A DNA stretch of 48,861 nucleotides from Minisyncoccota bacterium. Its GTDB lineage: Bacteria > Patescibacteriota > Minisyncoccia > Phycocordibacterales > UBA9973. The position numbers and the translations under genes are program-made. The notes beneath the pieces were generated by a model, which was not told the origin of the DNA, searched no databases, and worked only from the letters and a program-made list of their open reading frames with translations. Every line of letters starts with the position of its first letter. Position 1 is the first letter of the stretch. Below are positions 1 to 8,326 of the stretch, in pieces. The stretch covers positions 1 to 48,861 of the forward strand of contig DALYEI010000006.1 of the NCBI GenBank assembly GCA_031972685.1. The letters run 5' to 3'.

Positions 1-175
1 GGTCAGACATACCGCGGTGAATACGTTCTCAAGTCTTGTACTCACCGCCCGTCAATTCAAGGGAGCCGGGAGTACCCGAAGTCTCTTCATAAGGAGGGCC
101 TACGGTAAGCTCGGTGACAGGGAATAAGTCGTAACAAGGCACGGGTAGCGGAAGCTGCTCGTGGAATAATTCAAT
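1..175 (+). rRNA. rrs: 16S rRNA, 3'-terminal ~175 nt (gene continues upstream of window; mature 3' end approximate)
   Basis: Universal 16S motifs GGTGAATACGTTC, CACCGCCCGTCA and AAGTCGTAACAAGG. Helix-45 hairpin at 140-163 (CACGGGTAGC-GGAA-GCTGCTCGTG). Confidence 0.9.
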
Positions 176-358
176 TTGAATGTATTAATGTTTTCTATAT
201 AAAACTTAATACGTGTCGATATTGTATACCTCAATTGAGTATACAATGGTCTTTATATAATACGGACCTAAAAAATTATATTGACAGAGAGGAAAGACTC
301 TTAATATTTTAAATAATATTAGAACGGAACAAAATAAAGGACAGCATAAAATAAAAAA

Positions 359-387
359 CCTATTCGCAAGAATAGGTTTTTTATTTT
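359..387 (+). terminator. Rho-independent terminator downstream of 16S
   Basis: CCTATTC-GCAA-GAATAGG stem-loop followed by TTTTTTATTTT. Confidence 0.7.
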
Positions 388-398
388 AGTTTATTTGT

Positions 399-404
399 TA
401 TAAT
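399..404 (+). promoter_or_regulatory. -10 hexamer TATAAT, 6 nt before ATG 411 (leaderless-type)
   Basis: TATAAT-ttaaat-ATG. Confidence 0.55.
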
Positions 405-410
405 TTAAAT

Positions 411-1295
411 ATGAGTTCTACTCGTGTTGGAATAATTAGACATATAGATAATCCAAACTTCGAAAAGACAAGTGGTTTATTTGATATTTTTCAAAATGAA
501 TTAAATAATGATCAATATAAATTAGTTGATATTTTTATCGATGATAAAAATACTTGGCATCATTTAGGTATTCCAATACTGCCTATGGATTTACATCATA
601 AAGTAGATTTAGTGTGGAATGAAAACGATCCTCATATTGCTCAAACCCTTTCTCATATAGGTATTCCTCATGTTAGTAGAAATGCTTTTCATATTTTATT
701 AGAAAAAAATAAAAATAATTTAAAAAAATATTTAGAAAATTTAAATATATCTGCTCCAAGGAATCTAATAATCTCTCCATATCAAAAAGATATTGATGGT
801 GATCTAGAAATTTATGCTATGAAAAAAGCAAAAGAAGTTTGGAATAAATTTTCTCCACCGTATACTTTGCATGCAAGTAATGATAAAGATACAGCAATCT
901 TTACTGTTAAAACTTTTGATGAATTATTATCTCGTATCTATGAATTGTTAAGTAGAGGCAATGCTGTATTAGTTGAAGAAATTATTTTTGGAGATAAAAC
1001 TACTTTTCATTTTTTGCCGAATTTCCGTAATCAAGATTATTATAGTTTATCGCCCCTAGCTTTAAAGAAAGATATTAAAGATAAAATAGAAGAGATCGCT
1101 AAGACTTTAATTAATAATTTAGGCATAAAACATTATTTAAAAATCGATTTTATAATTAAAGGTAATACTCTATACATAGATAATATAAATACTAATTTAA
1201 ATTTACAAGATCAAGATTTTAAAGGACGTATTCATAATTTTGGTATTAAAAATAAAGATATCATTGAACATATTTTTAAAAATGCTACAATATAA
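411..1295 (+). CDS. ATP-grasp protein, divergent D-Ala-D-Ala ligase-like (key motifs degenerate)
   Basis: 294-aa ORF with Ddl-like layout (IGIPHVSRN..., LVEEIIFGDKTT, KIDFII...INT). The usual GGxSxEHxVS and KPxxxGSSxG motifs are not recognisable. Confidence 0.4.
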   Translation: MSSTRVGIIRHIDNPNFEKTSGLFDIFQNELNNDQYKLVDIFIDDKNTWHHLGIPILPMDLHHKVDLVWNENDPHIAQTLSHIGIPHVSRNAFHILLEKNKNNLKKYLENLNISAPRNLIISPYQKDIDGDLEIYAMKKAKEVWNKFSPPYTLHASNDKDTAIFTVKTFDELLSRIYELLSRGNAVLVEEIIFGDKTTFHFLPNFRNQDYYSLSPLALKKDIKDKIEEIAKTLINNLGIKHYLKIDFIIKGNTLYIDNINTNLNLQDQDFKGRIHNFGIKNKDIIEHIFKNATI

Positions 1296-1387
1296 ATGTT
1301 GTTTTTATCTGTAGCGGATGGTCGCACTCACATAGGCACATATGTTGGAGTTTAGCCATCATCCGCTTCAAATGCAAATAACAAAAA

Positions 1388-1418
1388 ATCACTTACAAAA
1401 TTTGTAAGTGATTTTTTG
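1388..1418 (+). terminator. Rho-independent terminator
   Basis: TCACTTACAAA/TTTGTAAGTGA stem followed by TTTTTT. Confidence 0.65.
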
Positions 1419-1800
1419 TTAGATTATTTTTTAATTTTTTAAATTATTTAAGAAAAATATTTTTCTTAAATAATTATTTTATTTCTGATTTTATTTTTTG
1501 ATTAAAATTATTTTTTATTTTTCAAAAAAATTTTTTTAAAAAATAAAAAATATTTTTTTACACTTCAATTTATTCAGTGTTCTAAATTTTTTAAATTTAT
1601 TTTATAAATAAAAAATTTGAAGTTATCCACATTTTTGTGAAAAAAAATTTGTTTTTTATTTTGAAGTGCGAGATAATTAAATTAGATATTTACAATAATT
1701 TTTTTAAAAATATTTTTTAAAAATTTTTTCTAAAATATTTTTACGGTCGGTTATTGTAAACATGATTAAAAATTTAATTTCGCGCAAGCGACAAAAATAT

Positions 1801-1902
1801 ATGGCAGCAAAAAAGAAAGTTGCAAAGAAAGCAGTTAAGAAAGTTGCAAAGAAAACAACAAAGAAAGTTGTTAAGAAAGCAGCTAAAAAAGGAAAGAAAT
1901 AA
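1801..1902 (+). CDS. 33-aa Lys/Ala-rich basic protein (histone H1/Hc1-like composition), below ORF-track threshold
   Basis: ATG 1801 to TAA 1900-1902 encodes MAAKKKVAKKAVKKVAKKTTKKVVKKAAKKGKK. A strong terminator follows immediately. The 71-aa minus-strand ORF 1704..1919 is its mirror artefact. Confidence 0.6.
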   Translation: MAAKKKVAKKAVKKVAKKTTKKVVKKAAKKGKK

Positions 1903-1925
1903 TTCTTTTCCCACTTCAAGAAAAA

Positions 1926-1950
1926 GCCCCCACGTGGGGTTTTTTCTTTT
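1926..1950 (+). terminator. Rho-independent terminator
   Basis: GCCCCACGTGGGG palindrome followed by TTTTTTCTTTT. Confidence 0.75.
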
Positions 1951-1974
1951 CTTTATATTTAAGCCTTTATTTGA

Positions 1975-1980
1975 TATAAT
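1975..1980 (+). promoter_or_regulatory. -10 hexamer TATAAT, 6 nt before secA ATG
   Basis: TATAAT-gattat-ATG(1987). Confidence 0.6.
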
Positions 1981-1986
1981 GATTAT

Positions 1987-4455
1987 ATGAGTATATTTGA
2001 TACAATTTTCGGGGATACGAGTGTTAAGTTTATAAAAAAAGCAGAAAATTTATTGGCTAAAATCAATGATTTAGAATCAGAAGTTATAGAACTTAAGGAT
2101 GAAGATTTCCCTAATAAAACCAAAGAATTAAAAGATAGATTAGAAAAAGGTGAATCTTTAGAAGATATTTTACCTATAGCTTTTGCTTTAGCTCGTGAAG
2201 CAGCCAAAAGAAATCTCAAAGAGCGCCATTATGATGTGCAAATTTTAGGAGGTATCGCATTACATAAAGGCAACATAGTTGAAATGAAAACAGGTGAAGG
2301 TAAAACTTTAGTTGCAACCTTGCCTACTTATTTAAATGCACTTAGTGGTAAGGGAGTTCATATTGTTACAGTGAATGATTATTTGGCTCGTCGTGATGCC
2401 GTACTGATGGGGCAAGTTTATAATTTTCTCGGTTTGTCTGTGGGAATTATTAATTCGCAAAATGTTTCTTATCAATACGATCCAACTCATAAAGAAGAAG
2501 ATAAAGAACGTGATCAAGTTGGTGAATTTAAGGTTATGTATGATTTCTTGAAACCAGTAAGTCGTAAAGAAGCATACGCTTGTGATATTACTTATGGAAC
2601 TAATAATGAATACGGTTTTGATTATTTACGTGATAACCTCGCTCATAATAAAAACGATCTCGTTCAACGCGAGCACAATTTTGCAATTGTCGACGAGGTA
2701 GACTCGATTTTAATCGATGAAGCGCGTACTCCTTTGATTATTTCTCAAGCTTCAAGTGATTCTGAAGATTTTTATACTAAATTTAATAATATAGCTCGTC
2801 AACTCAAAAGAGATCTCGACTATACTGTTGATGAAAAGTTGCGCGCAATTACCTTGACTGATGACGGTATAACAAGAGCAGAAAATTTACTCGGTATTTC
2901 AAATATTTATACTGAAAAGGGAATAAAATACGTGCATCATTTAGAAACTGAGGTTAAAGCTAATGCGATTTACGAAAAAGATAAAGATTATGTTGTTCAA
3001 AATGGTGAAGTTATTATCGTTGATCCTTTTACCGGACGTTTGCAACCTGGACGTCGTTGGTCTGAAGGTATTCATCAAGCGATAGAAGCTAAAGAAGGGG
3101 TGAAAATCGAGAAAGAAACTCGTTCTGCAGGCTCTATAACTTTTCAAAATTATTTTCGTTTTTATAAAAAACTTGCTGGTATGACTGGAACTGCTATTAC
3201 TTCTAAAGAAGAATTTTTGAAAGTTTATGGTTTAGATGTTATCGTCGTGCCAACTCATAGAAAAGTTCAAAGAATTGATCAATCAGATTTAATTTTTCAA
3301 ACAGAAAAAGGTAAGTGGCAAGCAATTGCTCGCAAGGTTAAAGAATTAAATAGTAAAGGGCAACCCGTATTAATAGGTACAATTTCTATTGAAAAAAATG
3401 AATTACTTTCTGCTTATTTGAAAGAATCAGGCGTACCTCATACTATACTTAATGCTAAAAATCACGAGCGTGAAGGTGAAATTATTGCTCAAGCTGGGCG
3501 CAAAGGAGCGGTAACTATCGCTACGAATATGGCTGGACGTGGAATCGATATTAAACTTGGTGGAAATCCTGCAACTAAAGAAGAATACGAAGAAGTAAAA
3601 TCTTTAGGAGGACTTTTTGTTTTAGGTACGGAGCGTCATGAAGCTCGTAGAATAGACAATCAGCTTAGAGGCCGTTCGGGTCGTCAAGGTGATCCGGGAG
3701 AAACTCAATTTTTCGTATCACTCGAAGATGACTTAATGCGTATTTTCGGTTCAGAAAATATTAAAAAAATGATGGGGCGTTTCGGTATTCCAGAAGACGA
3801 ACCTATTCAAAATGGTTTAATTACTAGAACTTTAGAAGGAGCTCAAGCTAAAATCGAAGGTTTTCATTTTGATGCTCGTAAAAATACCTTAGAATATGAT
3901 AACGTCTTAAATCACCAAAGAAATTCTATTTATGACCGTCGTCGTAAAATGCTACTCGCAGACAAGGAGGGTATAGAAGAAGTTCTAAATAATGTGGTTA
4001 TTTTTAATCCAGATTTAGCAAATATTATAGAAGAAAAAAGAAGTAAATTAGGCGAAGTTTCTTTCTTGGAGACTGTACGACGTATTGCGTTATATACTAA
4101 TGATACTTTATGGATGGAGCATTTAGAAGCGATGGATTATTTGCGTTCTTCTGTGAATTTGCGTGCCTATGGTCAGAGAGAGCCTTTAGTTGAATATAAA
4201 CGTGAAGGATTACTTATGTTTAGAGAAATGGAGCAAGCTTTCCTTGAGCAAACTTCATCACTAATTTCAAATATCAAAACTGATAATGTTCAAATTAATC
4301 TAGTAGAAGAAGAGAAGAAAGAAACTGTTTATGTAACTAATCAAAATAATACTATCCCTAATAATTCTACTAGTTCTAATAAAGATGAAGTTGGTAGAAA
4401 CGATCTCTGTCCTTGCGGATCAGGAAAAAAATACAAAAAATGCCATGGAGCGTAA
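1987..4455 (+). CDS. secA: Preprotein translocase ATPase SecA
   Basis: 822 aa. Motifs MKTGEGKTL (Walker A) and DEVDSILIDEARTPLII, plus the C-terminal zinc finger CPCGSGKKYKKCHG. Confidence 0.97.
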   Translation: MSIFDTIFGDTSVKFIKKAENLLAKINDLESEVIELKDEDFPNKTKELKDRLEKGESLEDILPIAFALAREAAKRNLKERHYDVQILGGIALHKGNIVEMKTGEGKTLVATLPTYLNALSGKGVHIVTVNDYLARRDAVLMGQVYNFLGLSVGIINSQNVSYQYDPTHKEEDKERDQVGEFKVMYDFLKPVSRKEAYACDITYGTNNEYGFDYLRDNLAHNKNDLVQREHNFAIVDEVDSILIDEARTPLIISQASSDSEDFYTKFNNIARQLKRDLDYTVDEKLRAITLTDDGITRAENLLGISNIYTEKGIKYVHHLETEVKANAIYEKDKDYVVQNGEVIIVDPFTGRLQPGRRWSEGIHQAIEAKEGVKIEKETRSAGSITFQNYFRFYKKLAGMTGTAITSKEEFLKVYGLDVIVVPTHRKVQRIDQSDLIFQTEKGKWQAIARKVKELNSKGQPVLIGTISIEKNELLSAYLKESGVPHTILNAKNHEREGEIIAQAGRKGAVTIATNMAGRGIDIKLGGNPATKEEYEEVKSLGGLFVLGTERHEARRIDNQLRGRSGRQGDPGETQFFVSLEDDLMRIFGSENIKKMMGRFGIPEDEPIQNGLITRTLEGAQAKIEGFHFDARKNTLEYDNVLNHQRNSIYDRRRKMLLADKEGIEEVLNNVVIFNPDLANIIEEKRSKLGEVSFLETVRRIALYTNDTLWMEHLEAMDYLRSSVNLRAYGQREPLVEYKREGLLMFREMEQAFLEQTSSLISNIKTDNVQINLVEEEKKETVYVTNQNNTIPNNSTSSNKDEVGRNDLCPCGSGKKYKKCHGA

Positions 4456-4482
4456 GCATAAAATATGCTAGAATAATATTCT

Positions 4483-5706
4483 ATGACTAGACGAGTTTGG
4501 TTTATGTTTTTTACTATATTTATCGATATGTTGGGAATCGGAATTCTTTTTCCGGTTATTCCTCAACTTTTAGGTAATCCTGATTCTCCTTATTTTTTAC
4601 TTCCCACTACTGAGGCTGATTTAGGTTTAATCTTTTTAGGGCTTTTAGTTTCTAGTTATCCTTTCGCTGCGTTTTTTGCTGCGCCTATATTAGGTGCGAT
4701 ATCTGATAAATTTGGTAGAAAACCTGTGCTTCTAATCTCGATTTTAGGAACTTCTATTTCTTATTTTATCTTTGCTTATGCGATTTTGATTAAGAATATT
4801 CCTTTATTGTTTTTTTCTAGAATTGTCGATGGTATAACCGGAGGTAATATTGCCGTAGCTCAAGCGGTAGTAGCAGATATTACTAAACCTGAAGATAGAG
4901 CAAAAACTTTTGGAACGATAGGAGCTGCTTTTGGACTTGGCTTTATTATCGGGCCTTTTTTGGGTGGAATTTTATCTAGTCCGTCAATTTTGCCATTTTT
5001 TAATGCGACTACACCTTTTATTTTTTCTGGATTTTTAGCATTATTTAATGTAATTTCTATTAAATATTTCTTTAAAGAAAGTATTAAAGATAAAGATCAT
5101 GCTAGGAAAATTGATTTTTTTGCTTCGATTAAAAATATAGTAAAAGCTGGAAAATTTGAAAATATTCGTTTTTTGTTTTTGGTATCATTTTTATTTAATG
5201 CAGGTTTTTCTTTCTTCACTTCTTTTTTTAATGTTTATTTAACTCATAAATTTAATTTTTCTTCAGCTTTGATTGGTAACTTTTTTGCTTATGTTGGTGT
5301 TTGGATTATCCTTACTCAAGTTTTAGTAGTTCGGAAATTATCTAAAAAATATTCCGAAATCGATATTTTAGGTATTAGTTATATTCTTTCAGCTATAGGA
5401 ATTATTTTATATTTATTACCTGATCATGCTTGGGTATTACTTTTTATTGTTCCTCTTGCTTCTATCCCAAATGGTGTTCAACAGGCTAATTTTTCAGCTC
5501 TGCTTAGTAAAAGAACTCCAGAAAACGTGCGTGGCGAGGTTATGGGTATTAATTCTTCAGTGAACTCTTTGGGTCAAGCAATACCTCCGCTTTTTGCTGG
5601 AGGTATTGCTGCTATTTTTAGCTCAACTACTCCTATTGTTTTTGGGGCTGTTATTGTATTTTGTGCAGGAATAGTCTTTATATATAAAGTTAAAAAAGCT
5701 AATTAA
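4483..5706 (+). CDS. MFS transporter (drug/H+ antiporter-like)
   Basis: 407 aa with a ~12-TM hydrophobic profile and an MFS motif-A-like GAISDKFGRKPV. Confidence 0.75.
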   Translation: MTRRVWFMFFTIFIDMLGIGILFPVIPQLLGNPDSPYFLLPTTEADLGLIFLGLLVSSYPFAAFFAAPILGAISDKFGRKPVLLISILGTSISYFIFAYAILIKNIPLLFFSRIVDGITGGNIAVAQAVVADITKPEDRAKTFGTIGAAFGLGFIIGPFLGGILSSPSILPFFNATTPFIFSGFLALFNVISIKYFFKESIKDKDHARKIDFFASIKNIVKAGKFENIRFLFLVSFLFNAGFSFFTSFFNVYLTHKFNFSSALIGNFFAYVGVWIILTQVLVVRKLSKKYSEIDILGISYILSAIGIILYLLPDHAWVLLFIVPLASIPNGVQQANFSALLSKRTPENVRGEVMGINSSVNSLGQAIPPLFAGGIAAIFSSTTPIVFGAVIVFCAGIVFIYKVKKAN

Positions 5707-5725
5707 ATATTGTTTAAATTAATGC

Positions 5726-5731
5726 TATAAT
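5726..5731 (+). promoter_or_regulatory. -10 hexamer TATAAT, 6 nt before GTG 5738
   Basis: TATAAT-attagc-GTG. Confidence 0.55.
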
Positions 5732-5737
5732 ATTAGC

Positions 5738-6973
5738 GTGAAAAATATAATCAAAAATCTGAAATTTAAAAGAAAAGCTATTGCTTTTTTAGCAAAAGCT
5801 AAGTTTTTTGGTGATCCTGGTAATGATTTTAAAATCATTGGTGTTACGGGAACTAACGGCAAAACTACTACGGCTACTTTGCTTTATCAAATTACTCTAG
5901 CTTTAGGGTATAGAGTTGGGCAAATTGGAACTACAGGGATTTATATTAATGGCAAGAAAATTAATTTTGATCAAAAAATACCTACGACTCCGGATCCCTT
6001 AGGTTTGCGTAAAATTTTCAAATTAATGAAAAAAGAAAAAGTAAAATACGTATTTATGGAAGTTTCAAGTCACGCTATGGATCAAGATAGAGTTGCCGGG
6101 ATTACTTTTACAGGAGGAATTTTTACAAATTTAACTCACGATCATTTAGATTATCATGATAGTTTTGCAGAATATTTTAAAGCCAAGAAAAAGTTTTTTG
6201 ATATTTTACCTAAAGGAGCTTTTGCTTTATCTAATACTGATGATGAGCACGGACCTTTAATCTACGAAAATACAAAAGCAAAAAAGTATTCTTATGGTTT
6301 TATGGGTGGAGAGAGTTTTCATGGCGAATTATTTAAAGCTGATTTTTCAGGTATTTATGCTCGTTTTAATGGAGAAAATATTTATTCGAAACTTTTAGGA
6401 AAATTTAATGCTTATAATTTACTAGCAGTTTTTAGTACTTGCTTTATTTTAAAATTTCCAGTACATAAAGTAGTAATGCTTTTAGAAGATATCAAAGCCC
6501 CAGAAGGTAGATTTGAATATTTTACTAAAAATAATATTACTGTTATTGTAGATTATGCTCATAGTCCGGATTCTTTAGAAAAAGCTATTTTAACTGCAAA
6601 AAATATTAAAAATGAAGAAAGTAAACTCATTACTGTTTTTGGTTGCGGAGGAGATAGAGATAAATTAAAAAGAAGAGTGATGGGTAAAATCGGAGTTACT
6701 TTATCTGATATTGCTATACTTACTTCTGATAATCCTCGTTATGAAGATCCTGATAAAATTTTAGAAGAAATGAAGACTGATTTATCTATGCCCGAACTTA
6801 AAAAAACTTATACTATATCAGATAGGAAAGAAGCAATTTCAAAATCTATAGAAATTGCTAAAGCTGGAGATATTATACTTTGTGCAGGGAAGGGTCACGA
6901 AGATTATCAAGAAATACGAGGAGTTAAAAATCATTTTAATGATTTAGAAGAATATAAGAAAATTTTAAAATAA
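5738..6973 (+). CDS. murE: UDP-MurNAc-L-Ala-D-Glu:2,6-diaminopimelate ligase (MurE), short N-terminus
   Basis: Mur-ligase P-loop GVTGTNGKTTT and a DNPR motif (TSDNPRYEDP). 411 aa. Confidence 0.8.
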   Translation: MKNIIKNLKFKRKAIAFLAKAKFFGDPGNDFKIIGVTGTNGKTTTATLLYQITLALGYRVGQIGTTGIYINGKKINFDQKIPTTPDPLGLRKIFKLMKKEKVKYVFMEVSSHAMDQDRVAGITFTGGIFTNLTHDHLDYHDSFAEYFKAKKKFFDILPKGAFALSNTDDEHGPLIYENTKAKKYSYGFMGGESFHGELFKADFSGIYARFNGENIYSKLLGKFNAYNLLAVFSTCFILKFPVHKVVMLLEDIKAPEGRFEYFTKNNITVIVDYAHSPDSLEKAILTAKNIKNEESKLITVFGCGGDRDKLKRRVMGKIGVTLSDIAILTSDNPRYEDPDKILEEMKTDLSMPELKKTYTISDRKEAISKSIEIAKAGDIILCAGKGHEDYQEIRGVKNHFNDLEEYKKILK

Positions 6974-8325
6974 TGAAAAATTATCAAGAGTTTTTTAAAG
7001 GTAAAAAGATAACTATTATGGGTCTCGGTTTACTCGGAGGAGCACTTAATGATGCTATTTTCCTTAGCGAAGCAGGAGCAATTTTAACTATTACTGATAT
7101 TAAGACTGAATTAGAATTACAACCTTCTTTAAATAAATTAAAAAAATATAAAGATATCAAATACGTTTTAGGACGTCATGATTTAGAAGATTTTAAAAAT
7201 GCGGATTTTATACTTGAGCCCGGGAATGTATCACCTGAATCTATTTATATCAAAGAAGCAGAAAAAAATAATATACCTATTCATACTAGCGAATCTTTAT
7301 TTTGTCAGTTTCTAAAAGATGTAAAAGTTATAGGTATTACGGGTACTCGAGGTAAGACTATGACTACTATGCTGGTATATGAAATTCTTTCAAAATCTTT
7401 AAAAGATAAAGGGGTTTATTTAGGAGGAAATATCCGTAACACTTCAACCTTAGCTTTATTAAAAAAAGTTAAAACAGGGGATATTGTAGTTCTTGAATTA
7501 GATTCTTGGGCATTGTCAGCTTTAGGAGAAATTAAATTCTCTCCTTATATATCTGTATTCACTTCGTTTATGGAGGATCATATGAATTATTATACTTCGA
7601 CAGGTCTCAGTACGAGTAAAGCTATGGAAGTTTATTTTAATGATAAAGCCAATATTTTTAAATATCAAAATAAAGAAGATTTTTTAATAATAAATCCAAA
7701 TTTAAATCGACTTATAAATAAAGATTTTACTAAAGCAAAAATTATAAAAGGGAATATTAAAAATGTAGAGAATTTTAAATTCATAGTCCCTGGAGAGCAT
7801 CAGAAAATGAACCTTGCTTTAGCTTATGAAGTAGCGAAACTTTTTGATATTAAAGAATCACAAATTAAAAAGGTAGTAAAAGAATTCAAGGGCGTAGAAG
7901 GTAGGCTTGAATTCTTACGAGAATATAAAGGTATAAAAATTTATAATGATAATAATGCGACGACTCCGGAGGCGACTATAGCTGGAATTAATGCCTTTTC
8001 ATTAAAACCTAAACAAAATTTAATATTAATTTCCGGAGGTGCTAGTAAAAATATTAAACTTGATAATTTTGTAAAAACTTTAAATAATAAAGTTGATCAA
8101 CTTTATTTAATTCCTGGAAATGGAAGTGAAGAATTGCTTAAATATAAAATCGAGCCTTATTTGTATTTAGGTAAAGATTTAAAAGATATAATAATGGAGG
8201 TTTTTAAAAATGCAAAAAAGGGAGACGTTGTATTATTCTCTCCAGCATTCGCCTCATTCGGAATGTTTAAAAACGAATACGACCGAAACGATCAATTTGT
8301 AAAAATAATTAAGGGATTAAAATAA
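6973..8325 (+). CDS. murD: UDP-MurNAc-L-Ala:D-Glu ligase (MurD)
   Basis: N-terminal Rossmann MGLGLLGG and P-loop GITGTRGKTMTT. The start overlaps the murE stop (TAATG). Confidence 0.8.
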   Translation: MKNYQEFFKGKKITIMGLGLLGGALNDAIFLSEAGAILTITDIKTELELQPSLNKLKKYKDIKYVLGRHDLEDFKNADFILEPGNVSPESIYIKEAEKNNIPIHTSESLFCQFLKDVKVIGITGTRGKTMTTMLVYEILSKSLKDKGVYLGGNIRNTSTLALLKKVKTGDIVVLELDSWALSALGEIKFSPYISVFTSFMEDHMNYYTSTGLSTSKAMEVYFNDKANIFKYQNKEDFLIINPNLNRLINKDFTKAKIIKGNIKNVENFKFIVPGEHQKMNLALAYEVAKLFDIKESQIKKVVKEFKGVEGRLEFLREYKGIKIYNDNNATTPEATIAGINAFSLKPKQNLILISGGASKNIKLDNFVKTLNNKVDQLYLIPGNGSEELLKYKIEPYLYLGKDLKDIIMEVFKNAKKGDVVLFSPAFASFGMFKNEYDRNDQFVKIIKGLK

Positions 8326-8326
8326 T

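Noticed and set aside
164-176. The AAUAAUU 16S tail acting as an alternative anti-SD that pairs with AATTAT-like sequences seen before some starts (for example 14085-14093 and 44668-44675)
   Set aside because: AATTAT-type strings are expected by chance at high frequency in ~30% GC intergenic DNA. The occurrences have no consistent spacing, so the idea cannot be supported without a genome-wide statistical test.
1420-1800. Possible CRISPR array or tandem repeat in the AT-rich spacer
   Set aside because: There are only short, irregular A/T-run palindromes. No unit of 24-40 nt repeats at regular spacing, and no cas genes are present anywhere in the window.
1704-1919. 71-aa minus-strand ORF (MKWEKNYFFPFLAAFLTTFF...)
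   Set aside because: It is the reverse-complement shadow of the plus-strand Lys-rich ORF at 1801-1902: AAG/AAA codons read antisense give Phe/Leu runs. It lacks its own signals, and the terminator is oriented for the plus strand.
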